Shown here piece by piece: positions 11,276 to 20,611 of a stretch of DNA of 21,813 bases. Origin of the DNA: Oopsacas minuta (Eukaryota; Animalia; Porifera); the NCBI GenBank assembly GCA_024704765.1, contig JAKMXF010000106.1, positions 6,294-28,106 of the forward strand, read 5' to 3'. The notes under the pieces were generated by a model. That model was not told the DNA's origin. It did not search any database and saw nothing but the letters and a program-made list of their open reading frames with translations. How positions within the stretch are numbered: position 1 is the stretch's first letter; the number at the start of each line of letters is the position of its first letter. The translations under genes and the position numbers were made by a program.

Positions 11276-11821
11276 TCATTCATTTTTTAGAAGTATTGAT
11301 AGAAAGCGGTTTGTCCGATTGTTGTGAAGCGTTTTAGAACTTGTATTAACATAATCTACCACAAATATACCCCAAGTAAAGAAATTTTCGTTTTCAAAGT
11401 GAAAGGAGTGAAGGAGGGGAGAAAATGAACATTTATGTATTGACGGAGTATCTCCAAAATTTGAGGAAATATGTCTAAAGGAATGACGAGAAACCTTCTT
11501 CATGTTCCTTTTTAAAAAGATCAAACTCTTTGTGCTGGATGTATTTCTTTTAGACCAAACAATTTCATTAGAGTTAGCCGAAATACCATCAATATTCTTC
11601 ATGGTTATTGGACTCAAATAAATTTGTTCAACAGTGAAACTTGTAGGTAAAAAACTGAGAGAAATTTTGTATAAAATGTCAACACCAAAGAATAATCGCG
11701 AAACTTGTTCATAAATATAATGCATATCATTACTACGCATGCTTTCAAAGAAAGTATATTCACATATTAAGTGTTGGAATGATCTATCATTGACTAGTGA
11801 TATTATACTCCTGGAAAGCAT
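11276..11821 (-). CDS. Host-gene exon, 181 codons, product not recognised
   Basis: Longest non-transposon ORF. It is immediately preceded by a polypyrimidine acceptor TTTTTCTTCCTCTAG; a second acceptor TTTCCAG opens at 11810. The first stop is TGA. Confidence 0.6.
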   Translation of the reverse strand: MLSRSIISLVNDRSFQHLICEYTFFESMRSNDMHYIYEQVSRLFFGVDILYKISLSFLPTSFTVEQIYLSPITMKNIDGISANSNEIVWSKRNTSSTKSLIFLKRNMKKVSRHSFRHISSNFGDTPSIHKCSFSPLLHSFHFENENFFTWGIFVVDYVNTSSKTLHNNRTNRFLSILLKNE

Positions 11822-12055
11822 CTAGAGGAAGAAAAATAGACAATATTAAGAATAAAGTAATTACAATAGTAAAGGCTACCTACAAAGTCATTCTCTGTCG
11901 CTACGCCAGAAACCCACTAAATATCAATTAACATGGAATTCAGAATTCAATTTTCAGAAAATTTGGAAACATGTGTTAATAATTACAATCAGTGGCGCAG
12001 CCAGGAAGGTGCTGAGTGGTGCAAGAGCACCTATAGTAAAAATCATAGCAGCACC

Positions 12056-12238
12056 CAGGTTTTCATCCAGCTTTAATGAACCATACGCCTTTAATGTTCC
12101 CCCTCAAAATTTACGCGCCCGTAGAGTATACATTTAGTATTAGCGTGTGGGAATCTTGTTCGAATTTTACATGACTAGATCAATATTTGCTGAAATTCAT
12201 GCGCTATAGGAGCGTAACTTACGTCTGGATGAACCCTC
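12056..12238. mobile_element. ~180-bp MITE (CAGG[G]TTTCATCCAG family) nested in another MITE-like sequence starting at 11990; related end at 10967-11000
   Basis: CAGGTTTCATCCAG ... CTGGATGAACCCTC inverted ends. Flanks GCAGCACC / CCAGCACA match at 6/8, consistent with an 8-bp hAT TSD. CAGGGTTTCATCCAGG..ACCATACGCCT recurs at 10967. Confidence 0.55.
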
Positions 12239-12377
12239 CCAGCACATACCTGTGGTAGAAGTGATTGATAGTTTTATGTCTCAGAGGGGCGCTATTTCTC
12301 ATTTCAAAGTGAATATAAAATGATCTATAAAGATTTTGTACAAAATGTCGTAAATTTGTAACACAAAGGTCCTAAAA

Positions 12378-12797
12378 TTGGATTTTGTCTTAACTTTGAT
12401 AATTTTTAGGGGGATCGGATTAGTCGATAAACCAGCTCAAATTTGGATTTGTGTATTTTTATTCACTATTAGGTAGGTTGTCAAGAATTTTCCCTTAGAT
12501 TAGTGTATATGTTTCACCGGACAGTTGTCCAGACTTTTTAGCCCCAATGGTTGTTGGTGGGTGTCCGTATATATCAAGTAAAATATGGTAAACTTTGGGA
12601 TAAATTACGTATTTGAGTTCACGACAAATCTTTCAGACTCTATCCGATATCGTGATTTCGGATATAACCCAATTTCGAATTTATGGCAAATCTAATTTCG
12701 AAAGTTAGTACAAGTCCAATTTCCAATGCAATTGCAAAATCCGATTTTATGTTCGGAAATTCTAATTTCCATTACAAGTTAGGACAAATTCCAACCC
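12378..12797. mobile_element. Possible decayed MITE
   Basis: GGATTTTGTCTTAAC at the left versus GTTAGGACAAATTCC at the right (13/15 inverted). Confidence 0.3.
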
Positions 12798-12878
12798 TGA
12801 AGTTTAGGATTACATGCAAAACAAAAATTCCAGCTATTTCGTTCTACTTCATCAAAGAATGATATATTTTCACAAACA

Positions 12879-13617
12879 CAGGGTGTCAATTAAGTTCTGG
12901 TACATAGTAAAATTGGCATAACTTCCAATGTAGTTGAGCGATTAAGCGAATAAATTCGAAATCTACTTACACATTAGTCATGATAAATTAACAGCATTGA
13001 TTATTCTATATAGCCACCTTTCTTCTTAACTATGGCCCTAAGTCGTCCCTTAAATTGGTGAATAGAATCTCGCAGCTCCTCTTGAGGTATTTTTTGCCAT
13101 TCCCGAATGAGGGCGTTGCGTAGAGATTTTAAACTCTTATGATGCTTTGCACAGGCCCTTGTTTGTAGTGTCCCCCATATAGAATAGTCAAGTGGGTCAA
13201 GATCTGGACTTGAGCGTTGCCACTCTTCCTTTGCAATAACTTCAATATTTTCAGCCCGTAGCCACGATTGAGTGGCTTTTGAGGCGTGGGCAGGGGCAGA
13301 ATCCTGCTGGAAGATCCAGTCCTCGTTTTTGAATAAGTTTAATCCGGCATGTTTTACTTCTGACTCCAAAGACTAGCTCTCTGTATGTTTTTGAGTCAAT
13401 CTTTACCCCTGGGGGACAAAAATTAGATGTGTCCGACAGTTGGCGGACACACCGGCCCATACCATCAAATATTTGGGCTTTTGCACCCGATCAACGAACT
13501 TTTCTTCATCATTGATGCTTTTAGATGATGGAGCGAGGATACGATCATTTTGGGAGTTGTGTGCCTCCTCAACTGTCAAAACTTTCTCATCTGAAAATGA
13601 TGTGTTAATCTCGGCAC
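12879..13617 (-). mobile_element. DD37D (maT) Tc1/mariner element, 3' half with TIR (12879-12906)
   Basis: TIR CAGGGTGTCAATTAAGTTCTGGTACATA pairs with 1001-1028. Contains the catalytic domain. Confidence 0.9.
13001..13617 (-). pseudogene. DD37D transposase catalytic domain, one frameshift near 13405
   Basis: FSDEK...NSQNDR...MVWAGVS...FQQDSAPAH...SPDLDPLDYSIW; 37 residues counted between the second and third Asp. Ends TAA at 13001. Confidence 0.9.
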
Positions 13618-14416
13618 CACGGGTAACTGAAAAAACATTACGACATAAAAAATGAGGTCGTTGAGATTTTTTCACTTTCTTATACAGAATTTTATGAGGA
13701 ATCCGAATATACACTCCAAAATTTTCCTACCATTAAAATTTCTTTTACAGATTATACAAAAATTGATGAAATCAAAAATTTCTGGCTAGAATAATTTTAA
13801 CATGTCCCCATTTTTAATATATTATCGTGATTCTTCGCTGATATACTTCTTTCTAGAATTCAATTTAAATACTAGTTACCTAATAGAATTGATGTTTTTA
13901 ACAAATTCCTATCCAAAATGTCTAGCATGGCAACAAAATGAAACGTAGGAATTTACGCAATAGTTTTCAATCTAGCTAAGTAGTACTTGTATGTTATTAC
14001 ATTTAGGATATATACGTGTAATTATCGATGCTTAACCATAACTTAACCAATTATTTTTATTCCTAATATAATGTAGAACATGACCTAGCTTACCATACTA
14101 TGATTTATTTATAAATTGACGAAATTAATATCTGATACTGTGTTTAATAAGTATTCTGGAAATTTTTCATTTTCCTCTTGACATTTATATCTTGTCTCCC
14201 AAACTCTGCCAAATCTAGAATGGGCGGATTCAAATGCTTGTTCTAAAACTGATCCTAAACCCATTCCATCTGGAAGATAATTCGTCATAAACGGAATTAG
14301 GTGCCTACATAGAACATGAACTTTTGTAGAGCAAGAAAGTCCTGATTGTTTAAATGATTGTTCAAAATGATATACTGCCATTTTGAAATCTCCCTTTATG
14401 TGTTTCCCGAAGCAAG
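13618..14416 (-). mobile_element. Chapaev transposon: TIR (13618-14029) plus transposase C-terminus, truncated at N 14417
   Basis: GCAC|CACGGGTAACTG. ORF 14109-14381 contains STKVHVLCRHLIPF..GLGSVLEQAFESAHSRF..W..RYK, like the H...EQ..E.AH tail of Chapaev/Transib-type transposases. It extends by frameshift (CFGKHIKG) up to the N. Confidence 0.75.
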
Positions 14417-14417
14417 N

Positions 14418-15075
14418 AGTTAGACGAGCTGAAAAGTCACCTAGGCAAAATTCAGAAACGATTCAAACAAGCAACCACACCTACTCACTTCCTAGCCAAC
14501 ATGATCAATCCGAAGTACATGGGGCAGAGGCTTTCATGTGAACAACAGAAAGAAGCGAGGGCTTCTCTTTTGCCGCACCTTTATCAGTTTCAGGCAAAAG
14601 AAGCACCATTTTCTGCATCTATATTTGAATGTACAGATGCATTAGATCCAGTAACTTGGTGGAAGGCCATTAAAAATCGAAAAACTTAGTTACTCATGAG
14701 TTTTGTGACATAGCTATCAATATATTAATCCTACAGTCAAGTTCCGTAAGTATTGAAAGGATTTTCTCGAATTTTTAAAAAAATTCAAACCGAGCTATGG
14801 GACAGATTTGGAATCGATAAACCGAGCAAATTAGTAGCTTGATACAGAGAATTGAGAGGATGTCAAGAATTAGAGTGGTAACGAATATAGGTTAATTACA
14901 CATTAATGTATTGTCATATTTTTCTTACTATCAACAAGTATTTATTCAGCATATTAAATATACAAGTAACATGCACTAGTATTACAATTAGGTTTTGACC
15001 AGTTTTATCCAGTCAGAAGGTTTTGGACAGGACGGTTTTTACCGATTTTTACATGGACAAAACCTGCGAACCCTG
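14418..15075 (+). mobile_element. hAT transposon 3' part: dimerization-domain relic (14418-14881) and right TIR
   Basis: HFLANMINPKY..DPVTWWK..SSSVSIERIFS..YRELRG. Right end GGACAAAACCTGCGAACCCTG, followed by CCACTACT (15076-15083). Confidence 0.85.
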
Positions 15076-15500
15076 CCACTACTCACAACACACGTAAAAC
15101 AATACCTGGCTACGCCACTGCTTAGAACCACATCCAAAGTGCTGCTGACACTTCAAGAAGAAAAGTTGCGTGCCGTTGCATCTACGAATACAAGTCAGGG
15201 TCGCTTATTATGAATCTAGTCCATGGTTCAAACAAAATTATTTTCATAGGATTTGCATTAAACTAGTTCGCTTATTATATGAAGCCTCTTCATTATGATT
15301 TATGGACAAGTTTTTGGCCCCGTTGGGGATCACAATAAGCGACTGACATAATTGTTGATTTCATCATTTTTGAAGTAATAGCTATACAAATATTATAGGT
15401 TTGTGTTTTTGGGCCCCCGCCGGCGTGTCTAGAAAGCATCTAATATTAGAGCCAATACGTTTATTTTCATAATTATTTGTATATACTAACTGGTATGATT

Positions 15501-16224
15501 GGGCGCTGCATAGGTCGAATTATGGTGTTGGCATTAGGTCGAATTTTGATATTGTTGATAGATTGAAAATACATCGAAAATAGTATGTTGTCTATAGATC
15601 GAATTCTATTTTAGCTATGTTGTCGATAGTTCGACATAGAAAAATTGGATTTATAGATACGAGGAATTGGTTGGACTTTTTCTTGTATATAAATTATACC
15701 CCCATATCATTGGGAGGGGATGAGGGATTTAGTTCACTGCCTTATGGACATGTGAGTTTTTATTCGTATTCGTTATTAATCTGCCTAGGGGCAGGGATGT
15801 GGACTCCATGCTAATTTTGTCTTACGAAGCACTTTTGTTGGATTAATTTTTATCAAAGTTTGCAAAATGGCTGATTGTTTGATTTTTTGGTTTTATAACT
15901 TTTGTTCAGGTTTTTTTGAAATTTACTGAAGCATTCAGTGTTTACAATAATATTACACGGCCTTAGTAATGCAATATTTATAGCTAGAATATTTCTACTC
16001 TACCGACCACTTCGCTAACACATATTCGATCTATCGACGAAGCAAAAATTGAATTTGATCTAACGATAGCATCAAAATTTGACCCACCGCCAACACACTG
16101 TACTCGACTTAATGCCAACACCTGAAATTCGACCTAATGCATACATTTTACATTTTACATTACGCCCACACACGGAACTCGATCTCATGCCATCAAATGA
16201 AATTCCACCTAATGCTTCCTCCCC
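15501..16224. mobile_element. Foldback-like non-autonomous element with inverted arrays of a ~24-27-bp motif
   Basis: GGTGTTGGCATTAGGTCGAATTT units at about 15505-15640 mirror AAATTCGACCTAATGCCAAC-like units at about 16020-16215. Boundaries are approximate. Confidence 0.6.
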
Positions 16225-16650
16225 GTAACGACTATTAATCATACGTTTCACGACTTAGGATGGAAGAGACTGATATGTTCGAAATGGATATTTCCTACCA
16301 AATTAGGATAACTATTTTTGATTAGTCTAGTGATTAGGACCAACTGTGATAATTTCAATAGGTCTTCGAGAATTTTAATAAACAATGAATCCAATTTCAG
16401 GGCAATTATTTTATCTAAAATAAGAGATTGTTAAGTAAATTGAATTGATTATGAAACCACACAAGTGCATTTTCGAAAATTGAATTTTTACATTCCAAAG
16501 TATTTGCCATAACTCATTGAGTTGAAGACCTATTATCCCAAAGGACAGATTTTTATGAAATCAAGCATTCTGAAATACGTTATGATGATATCGAGCTATT
16601 TTACAAGTAAAAACTTTCTCCATTTCCGCCTATTTCCCAATGTAGATTTT

Positions 16651-16756
16651 GAGAAATAAAATGAAGGAATAATTAAATTCATATGTCCCTCATAGGTTAC
16701 TTTATGCAAAAGTCCTAGCAACCTGTGTTGTTGATTAGGCAAGCCCTTTTGAAAAT
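16651..16756. repeat. Dispersed repeat; diverged inverted copy at 19245-19348
   Basis: Shared ATAAAATGAAGGAATAATTAAAT..TAGG..AAAGTCCTAG.AACCT..GCCCTTT. Confidence 0.6.
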
Positions 16757-17165
16757 TCACTAATATATACTATAGGACAAAAATGACACAAAAAACTCGC
16801 TAAGACAAACAACCCGAGGTCAAGAGACAAAAAAATCTGATTATGTTTTAAGGGAATTTCTAATAAACATTTAACACTGACTTGAAAACAAAAAATTGGA
16901 TGGGAGAAATGGGCCTTGGTCAAAATAACCCGATTTCAACTGTACATACTCTAAGTGGACAAAAGTATTTCAACACACAAATATATTGTCATAAATTGTA
17001 TACTCTTTCCCGCTCCTATATGTTGTGTACTCTATATTCGTAGCTACTATCTAGTAATTTGTATAGAATAACATATGTTTTTCAAGAATTTCAAAAAAAT
17101 ATTTTCGATTTACGCTTTTTGAAGGTGTTAATTATTAATAATTATTAGATAATTGTTGATAATCA

Positions 17166-17647
17166 AAATATGTGGTAATTCAAAGCCTATTAAGAATCTA
17201 TAATTTCTGACTTGATATTTGAATTCTACGTAGGTGAGTTACCCCAGATTGAAATTTCCAATCGGATTGAACAACTTTTACTAAAGTTATAGAAGAATTT
17301 CAATTTGTCCCACCTGTGCCACTTTTTGAAAAAAGTGGCACAGGTGGCAGGAAAAGCGCCATTACAAGGAAATCAACTAGGGTTAGGAGGAATAATTCGA
17401 AGTAATATTTTCGAATGATATGACTATGCTAACCCTTGAATTCCAAAATAACCTCTTGGTAGCGGCCACTTGTGCCACCTTGGGCAAAAGGTGGCAAAAA
17501 TGGCATAAATTGTAATTCATCTATAACTCTGGTAAAAATTGTTCAATCCGATTGGAAATTTTAACCTGGGGTAACTCGCCTACGTAGAATTCAAATATCA
17601 AGTCAGAAATTATAGATTCTTAATAGGCTTTGAATTACCACATATTT
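17166..17647. repeat. Long inverted repeat (arms about 180 bp) running into the gap
   Basis: 17166-~17348 versus ~17465-17647; the outer 69 bp are identical. Confidence 0.9.
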
Positions 17648-17969
17648 NNNNNNNNNNNNNNNNNNNNNNNNNNNNNNNNNNNNNNNNNNNNNNNNNNNNN
17701 NNNNNNNNNNNNNNNNNNNNNNNNNNNNNNNNNNNNNNNNNNNNNNNNNNNNNNNNNNNNNNNNNNNNNNNNNNNNNNNNNNNNNNNNNNNNNNNNNNNN
17801 NNNNNNNNNNNNNNNNNNNNNNNNNNNNNNNNNNNNNNNNNNNNNNNNNNNNNNNNNNNNNNNNNNNNNNNNNNNNNNNNNNNNNNNNNNNNNNNNNNNN
17901 NNNNNNNNNNNNNNNNNNNNNNNNNNNNNNNNNNNNNNNNNNNNNNNNNNNNNNNNNNNNNNNNNNNNN
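17648..17969. other. Assembly gap (322 N)
   Basis: Run of N. Confidence 1.
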
Positions 17970-17993
17970 AACTTCCAGCTAATTCACAATTAC

Positions 17994-18136
17994 CAGATAT
18001 TGACTTAGAATACTTGTCAAAATGGTTAAATTGGTCATGGAGATTAAGCCTAACATAAAAATCGCATAAAATCCATACATCACTATGAAATATTTGTTGA
18101 TGCTGGGTTAAAACACTACATATTGAGAAATACTGG
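17994..18136 (-). CDS. Candidate host exon (QYFSICSVLTQHQQIFHSDVWILCDFYVRLNLHDQFNHFDKYSKSIS)
   Basis: Acceptor TATAACAG. The frame stays open to the gap. Possible donor CTG|GTAATT. Entry phase matches the exon at 20148-20212. Confidence 0.45.
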
Positions 18137-18239
18137 CTGTTATAGTATAATTACAATTTGTTAAAATAAGGGAAAAAACAAATAATGATAAAGTAAAAGA
18201 GCAAAATCCAATAATTGAATATTATGACGTTTGGGTAGG

Positions 18240-18279
18240 CGGCATACCCCCCCACCAGATTTTTCTAGATCCGCCCCTG
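18240..18279. mobile_element. MITE terminus (CAGGGGCGGATCTAG type)
   Basis: ..TTTTTCTAGATCCGCCCCTG, a common hAT-like MITE end. Partner not seen. Confidence 0.5.
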
Positions 18280-18426
18280 AAAAATTCAGGAAAATACAGT
18301 TCAGCCCACCTCTCCCAAATAGTGCCCGTACGCTTATAGACCTCGGGAAACAAAAAATGTCCAGCCGACAGATTGGTAGTGAAGTTAACGGATATTTTTT
18401 TGTTCTTTTCAAGGGGTGGGCACGCT

Positions 18427-18663
18427 AATGCGAAAAACTGATTCAGCGTACTTGATTACCCATGTATAGCCGGTAAAACCTAGTTTCTACCATGATTTCA
18501 TGATTTCAGTTATTTGTTTACTTTATGTTCATAAGAGTAACAATAGATTTACATAAGAGAAACTTGAAAATGCGAAATTCTGATTCAGCGTGCTAAATTA
18601 CCAATGTATAGGTGGTGAGGCCTAGTTTCCACGATGATTTCGTGATTACGGAAATTTGTTTAC
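18427..18663 (+). repeat. Two diverged direct repeats (~95 bp, period 142)
   Basis: AATGCGAAA..TGATTCAGCGT..ATTACC.ATGTATAG..CCTAGTTTC..ATGATTTC.TGATT..ATTTGTTTAC at 18427 and 18569. Confidence 0.75.
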
Positions 18664-19616
18664 CTATCTATACAATTAAAACCCAATTAATCTCTAATGG
18701 GGTTTTAATAGTATAGATAGTATAGTATAGGTCGCTTCGTGATAGCTTATTACCTCAAGTTAGCTTGAGTATTAAATGGCAAATTTCTTGATGGTTTGGG
18801 TCGCTAAGGGACCGGGTATTATGCTCGGCACTACATGCCTCGAGGATATTTTTTGCGGAAATTTGTATCCATGGTCCATCCAAATTCCATTGAATGGCCT
18901 TCTGTGGTAATATTGGAGCCTATGTGGCTTTGGGTTAGAAATCTGGGCCGTTTATGCCTCAGGTATTAGAAATTTTGAATTTCTTGAAATTTAGATAATT
19001 TAGATTTTGTTTGTACAGTCATGATGACATAATAATCCAATGATAAGTTAGCTTTTGGTCAGAATCATGACGTCAGGACATTTATCACATTGAGGGGACC
19101 TGTGAATGGCTGTGATTCAAATTTCAAACTTCAATAATGTATTTCTTAACAGTGCTGAATAATGTGATTTTTCATAACACAAATAGGTGACAATGACGTT
19201 ATAATACATCATAGGTGTGAATTTCGTCAATGTACTAATCCAGTATTTTAAAGGGCCTGTCGAACCACCAACCTAGGTTTCTAGGACTTTGGTATATAGC
19301 AGCCTAGGAGTGACTTTTTCATTTAATTATTCCTTCATTTTATATCTCCAATACAGAAAGTTATATTGATTTCATATGTCAATCAACCAATTAGTTTTTT
19401 GGAGAATAAGCACATTCACTATTATTTACCCTCCTAATGCGTCTGAGTTCAGGAAGCTTATCTGGTATTATTTCGAACATACTTTTCCTAAATAATATTT
19501 TAGAAATTTGTATGATTAGACTGTAAAATATTTTATTCCTCTTTACGTGGACACAGCGAGGAAATCAGTTTCACCCATATAATTCCCTATTATTTGTGTT
19601 TGTAGATGCACTTGTT

Positions 19617-19709
19617 GCAATTTGACTATAAAATTTCACTTTTTCCTTCTTACCCACTTTTATTCGTCAATTTTCACAACTCAAATCCATCCTTGAAAAA
19701 TAATGCCTT
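19617..19709 (+). repeat. Dispersed direct repeat; second copy at 20230-20323
   Basis: Shared GCAATTTGAC.ATAAA..TTTTCCTTCTTA.CCACTTTTATT.GTCAATTTT..ACTCAAAT..TGCCTT. Confidence 0.7.
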
Positions 19710-19716
19710 TTAATAA

Positions 19717-19770
19717 TCTATAATATTAATCTCTATTAACGTTGCTTTGTTTGTCTGTTTGTCCGTTGTC
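19717..19770 (+). mobile_element. Possible Helitron 5' end
   Basis: A|TCTATAATATTAA followed by TTTGTTTGTCTGTTTGTCC microsatellite, as in non-autonomous Helitrons. No 3' CTAG end was found. Confidence 0.35.
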
Positions 19771-20147
19771 AAAAACACAATTTATGGTATGCTCTTCCGA
19801 AATGTATCATAGCTCTATGCAGTGCCTCTCTAAGTAACCCGGACCTAACCCCCAGACGATTTTACAATTTGATACCGCACGAAATTTGTGACTAAGTATG
19901 TCTATACGTACTACGTAGATATATGGCCCCGTTTTATTGCCTATATCAAGGAGTTTGGAAGCTCAATTTGTTTTGTGGGACCAAAACTGTAGCTCGCTTT
20001 ATTAACAATATGATATGAAGTCTCTAATACATCAATACTTGCAAAGGTGAGTTAGAACTTACAATCACCGATTTAAGAATACTAACACCACACTTAAGAG
20101 AGTCTCCCAATACTTATTTACCAGATCCCTCGCTACCCGTAACTTAC

Positions 20148-20212
20148 CTGGAACACAGACGATATGTATGTTTATAGTAATTATCAAGAATGTTAATAGA
20201 ATTCAATTTAAG
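20148..20212 (-). CDS. Candidate 65-nt host exon (LKLNSINILDNYYKHTYRLCS)
   Basis: Acceptor CACTCTTCCAG and consensus donor CAG|GTAAGT. Only one frame is open. Confidence 0.5.
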
Positions 20213-20611
20213 CTGGAAGAGTGCCGGGTGCAATTTGACCATAAATTTGCACTAATTTTCCTTCTTAACCACTTTTATTGGTCAATTTTGCCACTCAAAT
20301 ACAGCTTTGGATAAATGTGCCTTACATCAAACTGACTTAGAACGGGAACCGTAGCCAAGGTGGTGCGGGGTGGTGTGCAGCACCACTGAGAAAATCCTAT
20401 GCACCACCTCGTGTAGTGTGCACCATTTGCACTTTTTTAGACTAATATAGGAAGAAAATAGTAAAATGGTACCGGATTTTCAGTATATTTAATCTCTGAA
20501 TGGTTTCAGACGGTAATGTTTAGATTGAAACAATCTATGGTATAATTCATCAATTCGTATAGAGCTCCCTGACCAAAAATTACTTATTGTCTAATACAAT
20601 TCACCACTACT

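Noticed and set aside
15505-16215. Repeat-and-spacer pattern resembling a CRISPR array
   Set aside because: Units are degenerate, spacers short and irregular, arrays are inverted, there are no cas genes, and the context is eukaryotic.
17630-18058. 142-aa ORF in the supplied track
   Set aside because: Artefact of translating through 322 Ns.
18760-18960. Exon candidate ending TGAG|GTAATA
   Set aside because: All three frames are largely open because of higher GC, so no frame can be preferred.
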